A DNA stretch of 64,000 nt. Source: Felis catus. Lineage: Eukaryota. A model generated the notes under the pieces. The model was not told where the DNA came from. It saw only the letters and a program-made list of their open reading frames with translations, and searched no databases. The DNA lies in the NCBI RefSeq assembly GCF_018350175.1, contig NC_058368.1, positions 57,972,001 through 58,036,000 of the forward strand. Reading direction: 5' to 3'. Made by a program: the position numbers and the translations under genes. Below, in pieces: positions 25,396 through 35,774 of this stretch; positions within the stretch are counted from its first letter, which is position 1; every line of letters starts with the position of its first letter.

Positions 25396-28013
25396 CAACT
25401 TCCATGACCTGGATGTCTTCAATGCTTGCAAATATAAAGCTGAGAGCCTTTGGGATTATCTAGAAACAGATAGCATAGTAAATAATTCAACTTTTCCAAA
25501 AGTTTTGGGTCATATAGCCAATTTTTCTACTTCTGACTAAGATTTCCAGACACAGATCTGAATGCAAAAAGCCACTAATTGTTTTCTCTCTCTTCTCTCT
25601 CTCTTTTTATATAACTACCTTTAAGCCATTTTTTGTAGTTTAAAATTATAAATTTTTAATTAACAGGGGTGAAATTTTTTTTAATTTTCCCTTTATTTCT
25701 ATTACATTTTTAAATAGCTAATCCTTGGTACTTGACAACACTTAACTGAGAAGATAAAAAACTAAACAGAGAGAGATGAAAACTTGGAAACATGGCCACT
25801 ATGCCACTTTCCAAGTTGGGAAATTCAGATGTAGGATTTTTTTTTTCTGACTAGGATTGTGAAGAGTCAATGTTGCTAAAAGAAGCACTTTGAGTGTATT
25901 AATGATTATTGTGCTCCTTGACTTCATAATTCTGTATTATATCTTGTCCAGAGCCATAGGTGCTTTTATATAGCCACTACCTGATGAATGACTTTATAGC
26001 AAAGAACAGTCACATGAAACTAGTGATCTACTTGAAACTCAAACGTATCCTGTGCAACTGGACTTCACCTGTTCTTCAGACTTGGAAATCTGTATATAGG
26101 TGAGAGTCTGGACACTGATATTCAGCATAAGGATGTTAGCAAATGCTGGTAGAGAGGAATGACTATTAAAGCCCCTAAAATATTAAAAATGCTTCACTGT
26201 GACCCTTGAAAAACACACCTCCAACTATTCCTCCCCACTAAAAGTTTCCTAAACTCAAGTGGATCACCCAATAGCTGATAAACTGCAACTACCATTTTGT
26301 TGCTCTAGGATCCTGTCCTGTAACTAATGTCACATGAGTTTTCTCTAATACTGAGAATTTCTGTAATGTGTGCCCTTGCAAAACAAAACAAAACAAAACC
26401 TAAATTCTGACTGATCTTCTTCCTTCTGTCATATCATATATTTAAGCATCTTGTTTCATTCCCTAAAATTCATGTCATAGTTGGTCTCACTTAGCAACGT
26501 TGTAATATAAGCTTGAACTAATGACTTGGTTTGTTTTTTTCTCTTTCCATAATATGAAATGAGTATTTAGGTCAGCCATCAAAAAAAAATAATAAAAACA
26601 AAAACAGAAAAATGAACAAAAAACAAGAATGTGATTTACACAGCAAGTCAAATGTTCCATTAACAATTTTCCAAAGTAGAAGGCTTAAAGTGAAGCAAAT
26701 CCAAAAAATGCACTCTGTTTTTTCAATTTTAGCAAGAGAAACAAACATAAATCCAGAGTGCATTGTGTGATTTGGGATTTATCATAGCTAACAGGCCCAA
26801 GGATTGGGTTTGCTTCGTGTAGGGTGACAAAGACATATATTAATTATTTACAGATCAAAACAAGGAAATAATGTATTGGCGAGTGAAATTCTTATTGTAG
26901 ATATGTTTAGGGCTAAATCATAGACAAAATAGAGTGATGTTAAGTATTACGGATTTTTTCTTAGAAGCGACTGAAAACACTAAGTAAGCTTTTTTAAAGA
27001 GATAAAATTTAATTAGCTACAGAGAAAATTTGGGGGGAAAGTGAAAGATAGGAAATATTTTAGAAGAGGATAGTTTAGTGGAAGATGATGTACACATGCT
27101 CAGGATTGTGTTTCAATGAACTGTCAGTTTCCTATACTCTAAATTTGAGAGCTAGCAAAGATCACAAAAAAGTATCCCAGAATCACAGCCGAGAATGTTT
27201 CTTGCCCTTTGCAAAGGGGCTTACCCCTGTTGTTAAGGCACAATGATGACATCAAAGCAAGCTAGTTCTCAAATTTCAGACAAATATTTGCTAGGGCAAA
27301 TCCAGCCCTCATCCTCACACCATACTGAGTTATAGAGGAACTCCTCTATAACCTGTTCAGAACAGGTCAAAGAATCAAGCGTCATTTTGTGTGTGTGTGA
27401 AATTCTTCACCATACGTTCAATTGTAAAGTTGGGAAATCTATTCCCATTCCTATCATTTCTTTTGCCACTTCTTCCCCTGAGAAATTCACCCTATTTAGT
27501 TGGCTTATTTAAATTATCAGGACCTTTCACTCTTTGCTTCACTTATTCAGATTTAATAGCCTCAGTAAATGCCTATTTAGTCAATATCTGTTGCTTAGAG
27601 CTGTTCCATCTCCTCATTCCTCCCTTTAAAAAGACCCTACTTGCTAAATTATTTTCAATATGGTTTAAGGCAGTACATAGTATATTTGGAACAATAATCT
27701 GGTTTATTTATTTGTTTATTTTTAGGAAATATTTGGGCCTTAAATTAAAGCAATTCCTCTTAGTCATGTATAAATTACACAACAATCAGCCTTAAATTTT
27801 ATTTTAAGATTGTACTTACTAGCTTTGGTATCACAATCAGTGATTGGATAATTTAATTCATTTCATCATTTATAAAGTGGGAATAACTTGATACGTACAT
27901 TTGTCATATATATGTATATATAGTTTGGAAAAAAGTTGTGGTAATGGAAACTAAAGTAATGTTTAAATAGTTTACTATGTCCTTTTGTCATTTTTTTTTT
28001 TTTTTTGCATATA

Positions 28014-28331
28014 CGGTTGGCCTTTGAACAATGTGAGTATTAAGGGTACTGACTCCTGCATAGTCAAAAGTTCATATATAACTTTTGACTCCCCCCAAAT
28101 ATATCTACTAATAATCTGCTGTTGACCAGAAGCCTTAACAATAACATAAACAGTCAATTAATACATATTGTGTATATTATGTATGTTATATATCATATTC
28201 TTAAAATTAAGTTAGAGAAAAGTATAATTAAGAAAGTCAGGAGAAAATATATTTATAGTACTGTACTGTATTTTTTGAAAAAAATATAAGTGGACCCATA
28301 CAGTTCAAAACCAATTTTGAAGGGTCAACTG
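28014..28331. mobile_element. Tigger2a-like non-autonomous DNA transposon
   Basis: TA|CGGTTGGCCTTTGAACAA...TTGAAGGGTCAACTG|TA TIRs with TA TSD. Confidence 0.9.
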
Positions 28332-28989
28332 TACCTATTATTCTCATTGTAATAAGCTTTTGCAACAATACAGAAAAATGCTGTGTTCTCTAAACAGAAA
28401 AATCCATGTGTTCAGCTTTAAATGTGTTCCATTATATCCAATATCTTGAATTATACTTGAATTTCAATATCTTGAAATATTTTTATTTCCTTAAATAAAA
28501 ATCCAAATTTTCATTTGGGTTTGAAGGGATTTGTTTTAATTATGATATGGTTTGTATTTATATACACAATTTGTAATAGTATCACTTTTACACATATGTA
28601 TTCACCATCTGTATTTTTCTCAGTTCCTAAAATATTCCTGACATATGTTTCAAAGTCACTATCTTCATGACTACTTGGGGATTTAGGTCATGCCGCTTCT
28701 TTCTGTCTTTGGGTGTCCTTTTACACACAAAACTCCCACTGAAAATTGTAGGTCTCAGTGCTCTGTAAAAGTAAATTTAATGCTGTGGTATTCTTTTTAA
28801 GTTATAGCAAAAACACATGATAAAGGCATTGCAAGTAATGAGATACTTATTTGTACAATAAGTATCAGTACTTAAAAAGAATAGTAAGGATAATAAAAAT
28901 AAAATATTAACCAAGATCACATTTTAGTAATGATTCCTACAGATAACAAAAGAACAAAATATATTATTTAATGAATAATCATATTGTGA

Positions 28990-29825
28990 GTGTCTGTATA
29001 AACACCACTATAGTCAAGAAATAATAAAATATCACCAGCAACTCATAGTCCTCTCCCCTCATCTCATGATTTTTTTCAATCACAAACAGCTATTTCCCAG
29101 AATTCACCTCTATATTGACTTCTGTGATATTCATTATTTCATTTGTCTCTATTGTTTCCCTAATTATGTACACATCTTTAAAACACTATAGTTTTATATT
29201 ATCTGTTATTGAACATTTTACGTATAGAGTTCATACTGTAGGCAGACTTTTTTCTTTGTTCTTTCATCTAACAAGATGTTTTTTTACCTCTTCCAGTTAT
29301 TTTATATAACTGTAGGTTCATTTTTATTAAAATGTAGTCTTGCATTCTTGCTTTTAATGATTTTGACATTCAGAATCAATCATAATTTATTTATTCATTG
29401 TATTGACCATTTTTCCCTCTGCTATTGAGAATCCTGCTGTAATCATTCCTACGCATGCATTATGCCACCCTAGATTCTAACTTTATTCTGAGGGATGAAA
29501 TAGTTTTTGGTCTTAGGGAATATATATTTTCACCTTTCCTAAATAAAGCCAAACTACTCTCCAGTATACATTTCCATGAATAGTGCACATGTTTTAAAAC
29601 ATTTCCATTTCCTACTACTCTTGGACTTGTCAGTCTTTTAAAATTGTTACCACAAAAATGAGTATGAAAAGGAATTTTATGGGTTTTGCTTATTTTCTCT
29701 GATTACTAATGTTGTTTTAATACCTTTTTTTGATATATTGGCAATTTTTTCTCAGAAATCCCTATTTAGTCTTCTGCCCATTTTCCTATTGCATTGACAG
29801 TATTGTTCTTAAAGATTTAGAGCAG
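28990..29825 (-). mobile_element. Old L1ME-type 3' region
   Basis: AACACCACTATAGTCAAGA..AATATCACCAGCA, ATTTATTTATTCATT, TTCTCTGATTACTAATG, TTCTGCCCATTTTCCTATTG. Confidence 0.7.
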
Positions 29826-29827
29826 TA

Positions 29828-30045
29828 CTTTTTTTTATGGCAAATTGTACATACCATAAAATTTACCACCTTAACCACCTTTAAGTGTACAGGTTAGTGG
29901 TAGTAAGTACATTCATATTTTTGTGTAACTATCACCACCCATTAAACAGTAAGTCCATTTTCCCCTCCCCTCTAGGCATTGGCAAACAACATTTCACTTT
30001 CTTTCTCTGTGCTTTTGACTACTCTAAGTACTTCATGTAATTGGT
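29828..30045 (-). mobile_element. L1MA/MB-type 3' end fragment
   Basis: CATAAAATTTACCACCTTAACCA..TTTAAGTGTACAG..AGTACATTCA..ACTATCACCACC typical L1MB 3' terminus. Confidence 0.75.
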
Positions 30046-30600
30046 ATGTTTCTAAGAATTTGTTTACTCCATCTAAGTTATACATTGATTGACATACAAT
30101 TGTTCATAGTACTCTCCTTTTTATCTCCATAGAATTGATATTAATTACATTTATTTTCTGATTTTAGGAATTTGAGTCTTCTTTTTTTCTTAATCCATCA
30201 AGCTAAAGGTTTATCCATTTTTTTTATCTTTTCAAAGAATCTTTTATCTTTTCATTGATTACTGTTTTTTTTCTTTCTAGTCTTTACTATACTTATTTCT
30301 GCTCTAATCCTTACCACTTCCTTTCTTCTGCTAGCTTTAGGTTTACTTTTTTTCCTTCTTTTTCCACTTCTTTAAATTGTAAATTTACGTTGCTGGTTTG
30401 TGGGTTTTTTTTTTTTTATTTGTTTTGTTTTCTTTTGTATTTCTTTCAATGCAAGTGTTTATAGCTTACATCTTCCCATTAGTGCTGCCTTCTCTGGATC
30501 CCATGTTTTGGTATGTTGTATTTTAATTTTCATTCATTTTTAACTTCTTTGTAATTTCTCTTGAGATTTTTAATTTGATCCATTGTTTCTTTTTTTTTAA

Positions 30601-30867
30601 ATTTTTTTTCTTTTTTGTATTTTTTTTGGATTAGATTTCTAATCCATTTTTATTTTTTTTTATTTTAACATTTATTTATTTTTGAGACAGGGAGAGATAG
30701 CATGAACGGGGGAGTGTCAGAGAGAGATGGAGACACAGAATCTGAAGCAGGCTCCAGGCTCTGAGCTGTCAGCACAGAGCCTGACGCGGGGCTCGAACTC
30801 ACGGACTGTGAGATCATGACCTGAGCCGAAGTCGGCCGCTTAACCGACTGAGCCACCCAGGCGCCCC
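30601..30867 (-). mobile_element. Young CanSINE with extended tail, inserted in the tail of the next SINE
   Basis: CpG-rich body 30655-30867; flanked by TCTTTTTTTTTAAATTTT-like repeats. Confidence 0.95.
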
Positions 30868-30869
30868 AG

Positions 30870-31098
30870 TCTTTTTTTTTTTTAAATTTTTAATGTTTAT
30901 TTATATTTGAGAGAGAGACAGTCAAGCACAAGCAGGCAAGGGGCAGAGAGAGAGAGGGAGACACAGAATCCGAAGCAGGTTCCAGGATTCAAGCTGTCAG
31001 CACAGAGGCCGACGTGGGGCTTGAACCCACGAACCATGATGAGATCATGACCTGAGCCAAAGTCAGATGCTTAACGGACTGAGTCACACAGGCGACCC
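30870..31098 (-). mobile_element. CanSINE (host of the previous insertion)
   Basis: Outer TSD TGATCCATT(G/A)TTTCTTT at ~30577 and ~31100. Confidence 0.95.
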
Positions 31099-32414
31099 TG
31101 ATCCATTATTTCTTTAAGATGTGTTGTTTAATTTCTACATATTTGTGGCTTTTCCAACTGTCTATTATTTTATTCCCTCCTGCTATTTTACTTTCCTTCT
31201 GAAACTTATGATTTCATCCCACTGTGCTTGGAGAATAAACTTTATATGATATCTAACTTTTTAAATCTATTGAGCTCTAATTTGTGGTCCACAGATGATC
31301 TCTCCAGGAAAATGTTCCTTGTGCACTTGAGAAGAATGTGCATTCTGTTGATGTTGGGTATAGTGTCCTGTATATATCCTTTAGATGTAGTTGTTCATTG
31401 TGTTATTCAAATATTCTATTTTTTAAATTTTCTTCTGTCTGGTTGTACTTTCCATTATAGAAGATGCAGTAGTGAAATCTTCAACTATTTTTGTAGAACT
31501 ATTTTCCCTCTGATTCTGTCAATTTTTGCTTTCATATATTTTAATGTATGTAAATATTTATAATTATAATATCTTCCTACTGTTGAACTTTTATTAATAT
31601 ACACTGTCCTTCTTTGTCTCTTGTAACTTTTTTAAAAAATCTAAGTCTATTATGCCTGATATTAGTATAGATACCCTTAGTCTCTTCTGATTATTATTTG
31701 CCTAGAATATATTTTTCCATCCTTTCACTTTCAACCTATTTGTATCTTTGGATCTAAAGTAAGTCTCTTGTAAATAGCATTTAGTTGGATTTTTGCTTTT
31801 GTTGCATTCTGCCAGCTCTGTCTTTTCACTGGAGAGTTAATGCATTTACATTTAAGTAATTACGGATAAGGAGGAACTTAATTCTCTTATTTTGTTATTT
31901 CTTTTCTCTGTACTTTATAGTTGTTGTCCCTCATGTCCTGCAGTGTTGTCTTGTGTGTAGTGAATTTTTGGTGATGAAAGTTTTTAACTTCCTTCTCATT
32001 TCTTCATGTATATGTTCTATAGGTATGTAATTTGAGGTTATCACAGGAATTGCATTTAACATCCTAAAGCTATAATATTCTAATCTGAATTTATAACAGC
32101 TTAAAATTTCAATTACAATTACTTATATTGTGTTATATTTCAATTTTAATTACTCCTGCTCCTTTATGTCTCCTCACCCTCCTCATTCACATACCTATAT
32201 CATATCATAGATTACTTTCCTTCTTTCTTTGGTATTAACCAGCCACTGACAAATGTCTCCCTTCTCAGATAATTGTATATAGTATAGAAATATGATTGAG
32301 CCAGTAAACATAAATATATTATTCTATTCTATTTTCTCTTTTGATATAGAGAAGTCAATGTGGAATGTAGGTAATATTCCTAAAATATTTTTTTAATTCT
32401 TTAGTTTTAAGATA

Positions 32415-32453
32415 TCTTTCTTTCTTTCTTTTTTTTTTTTTTTTTTTTTTTTT
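32415..32453 (+). repeat. (CTTT)n plus poly(T) tract
   Basis: Directly visible. Confidence 0.9.
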
Positions 32454-33892
32454 GGATTTTGAGACCATTTGCACTCTGAAAATGACATTCATTTTATTAG
32501 AAAAGTCACTCAACAATAAGCCAATAGTCAGGCTGTTTGTGGAAATTCCATCATCATCTGAGGGCAATTGGTAATGTTAAGTGTTGTAACAGCTTCTTTA
32601 TGAGTTAAAGAGATTTCTCCTTTACCTCTTCCTGTTTCTCAAACAGAGCAGTTTGATCAGTGAATCTAGCTCCTTTGGAAAGAGATCATCCTCTCTCAGC
32701 TAGAGATGAATGAATGGATTCTACCTTACTCATTTCAATCCTGGCGATGATGCATATTTCTTTCACCACCAGTAACCTTAGGCCAGCCTGGTTGATACAT
32801 CCTTTATGTGATAGTATGGTCAAAGAGGTGGGGGGGGGGGATGTGGTTCAAAGTTACTTCCAATTTAGTTTTATGAAAATGCATTGTCCAACTTGCACCT
32901 GATATTTTTGTGTGAAGGTCTAGTTGCAAACAGTTTATTGGAGGGAAAAATATGTCATAGCTAATGGAATGTGGCACACAGATTTTCAGATAAAAAGGGA
33001 GAACAGTCTGGCACTTGGGGAAAGAACACAATCAACCTGTTTGGTAGGGGAAAGGAGAGAAATATTAATGAACTTTGATTTCACAACCAACTTTGAATGT
33101 TTCTTCCAGTATGAAAATGTCCTAATGTGGCATTCCCATCTGTTTAAAGTACCTTGAATTTAACTAACTGCTAGATTTGCTATCCTTTGCCAGAAGCTGT
33201 GACCACAATTTGATCACTTTTACCCTAAATATTACTTGTCTATTGAAGACAGCAAAAGATGGTCCATACTCCTGTACCTCCCACAAAAATTACTTTGGAA
33301 CATTGTCCAAACCCCATTCTCAGTCATTGTATGGCATAGACAGATTATACTGATCAGGTGTCTTAGATAAATATGGCAGATTGGACTCAATGCCCTAGGC
33401 AATCCCTCCAAAAACAGAAACTGATTATTAAAGTTGAACAATTGGGTATCATAACGTTAACCAATTGGCTGGGAGGCTATGTTGGATGCACTGTCAACCT
33501 GTGCAGCTGATTAAATTCCAACTTTCTAGGGTATCATTTGCACACTTGGAATCATGCTTCTTTTGTAGAAATCAACCATTAACTTGCCTCCATTCCCAAA
33601 ACACAAAAATGTCCACCTTAGAGATGTTCCTAAGAGATCTGCAATATTTACAGAAATCTCCCTAGTATATCACAGAGCCCTCAACTTGCTCGGGCAATCT
33701 GTCAAGAATACAACTTCCCTTGGTTATTTGGGGAAGCTTTGTAGAATAAAAAATTATTCAAAATATATGTGCATCAGGTGGGCAGTTATCCCCTTTAAAA
33801 AAGACATACAATGAGAAGAGATGGTATAAAAATCCATCCCTTACTATAGCTGAAGTGACCAGTTAAAAGAGTTGGGTTGCTGAAGACATCCA

Positions 33893-34010
33893 TGACAGCT
33901 CAGAATCTGGAGCCTGCTTTGGATTCTGTGTCTCCCCAACTCTCTCTGCCCTTTCCCTGCTCACACTCTGTCTCTCAAAAATGAATAAACGTTAAAAGAA
34001 TTTTTAAATA
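33893..34010 (+). mobile_element. CanSINE 3' half only
   Basis: Begins at TGACAGCTCAGA; tRNA-like half absent; no TSD seen. Confidence 0.92.
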
Positions 34011-34189
34011 ATTTACATGAACTGAAGGTGAGGGACCTATGTGAATAAGCATAACAGTGGCTCCTGTTGAAATGGAACTAATGGAAAAACTTCCTAAAAA
34101 TATAACTATCAAAGGAATACAATTCAAACACAGAACTACTTTGTAGAACCAAAAAAACCATGATTTCGTTTTTAAAAAAGTTGGCAATT

Positions 34190-34800
34190 AAAAAGAGAAT
34201 GGTCACTTCTATGAAATGAATTAATGTCCAGAAAACAATAGGAGGAAATGGTTGTTAAAAGAATTAAAAAATGAACAACAATAAAAACCATACAACCCTG
34301 AAGCATGAGATCAAAGAAATGGAAATCATGAGAAAAACAAAAATCTGTTGAAGGGTAGATCCAAGAGATGTATCTTGTGAATAAAAAGAATTTTACAAGA
34401 CATGTAGTAGTGTAATTAGAGTAATACTCTACAGAAAAACTTAAATCTGGTAACTGAATGGATTAGCCAAGTCCCAAGTAGAGACACATGCATGTGTCCT
34501 TTGAAATTCCTAAATACACAGGGTAAAGTGGAAAAGAAAAAAAATATTTCCCACTTTTTGTAAACCTTGGAAGAAAAGAGAATCAGTCCTTTTTACTCAG
34601 AATTCACATTGGTAACCATGGAAAAGCGAAATCAGTAGAATGATGTTTAAAGATAAAAGTGATTTTCAACTTACTGTTCATGTTAAATGATCAAATAAGA
34701 TCTTTACAATAATGGAAGAATTCATAGCAAGATTTAACACTCATGTGCCTGAGCTGAGGACAGTACTTGGCATGTTACATTGAACAAAAGTCTATTGAAG
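34190..34800 (+). mobile_element. Ancient L1 ORF1-like or HAL1 remnant
   Basis: A-rich; GAGATCAAAGAAATGGAAATCATGAGA..GGGTAGATCCAAGAG and AAAGAGAATCAG..TCAGAATTC resemble ORF1 segments. Confidence 0.5.
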
Positions 34801-34898
34801 GAGTGTAAACATTTTAAAAGAGAGAAGAAAAAACTTCTTAGCTCAGGAAACAAGAGTGAGTACTACTGACTGTAAATGATTTTTCATATATAAATTAG

Positions 34899-34899
<1 letters not shown>

Positions 34900-34932
<33 letters not shown>
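34900..34932 (+). repeat. (CA)n microsatellite
   Basis: Directly visible, ~16 units. Confidence 0.97.
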
Positions 34933-34933
<1 letters not shown>

Positions 34934-35723
34934 CTTTCTCAACACAAAGAAACATAAGAAAACTTTTTTTTTATTAACGTAAAATGAAAGCTTAAAAGCC
35001 ACGACAGCCTAAGTCAGGGTTTGAATAGGGTTTAGAGTAGGAAAGTAAAAGCATTCTAGACTCCTTACCCAGAGACTGCCTCATAGAAAAATGCCAAATA
35101 AATTATAGCTATAAAAAAAGCAATCACACAGAAACTTTCTATGTGGCAATAAGAGATAATATTTCATGGGTGAAGTAGGTGACTGGAGAATATATTAAAG
35201 GTAGAGAGAGCTCTTTACTTTTGTTTTTTGTTTGTTTTGTTTTTACTGTATGAGCAATGGTCTCTACTGCTACATATTTTGATGTCTAGCATTGAGAATG
35301 TCTGACCTTTCAGCTAATTTTCATAGGGATTCTAATTTAATGTCAGTATTGAATTTGATGACATAAAGTGCTAGCATCCATCAAGAGCAACTAGAGATGT
35401 ATCAGTAGACCATAGAGAATCTGAATCCCAAAATTTCAGTTTCAGGTTGTTTTTCTGTGGATTCACAAGTATATCTTTGTAACTCACAGTCAGCTAAATA
35501 TTGAACTGAACAAACTCACATTGTATATTAATTGTAACTATATTTTATATATGTACACATACATATATACACATATATACTATGTTTTACATGTAATGTA
35601 TATATGACATGATATGTATAACATATTGACTTTAAATATATATTTAATTATTGCAACTTTAATTGCACAGTAAGTCATTGTTATTAATTCATTTTTTTAA
35701 GCTTGAAGGTTGGAACAATCCTG

Positions 35724-35724
<1 letters not shown>

Positions 35725-35771
<47 letters not shown>
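35725..35771. repeat. (TA)n microsatellite
   Basis: Directly visible, ~23 units. Confidence 0.97.

Positions 35772-35774
<3 letters not shown>

Larger units (their letters stand above)
30045..32170 (-). mobile_element. Old L1 ORF2 5' (endonuclease) region and upstream, interrupted by two CanSINEs
   Basis: GTGCACTTGAGAAGAATGTGCATTCTG, TTTTTCCATCCTTTCACTTTCAACCTATTTGT, GCATTTACATTTAAGTAAT match antisense L1 EN-coding sequence. Confidence 0.85.

Noticed and set aside
27391..27795. 134-aa Leu/Phe-rich ORF
   Set aside because: T-rich composition, GTG start, no homology recognised
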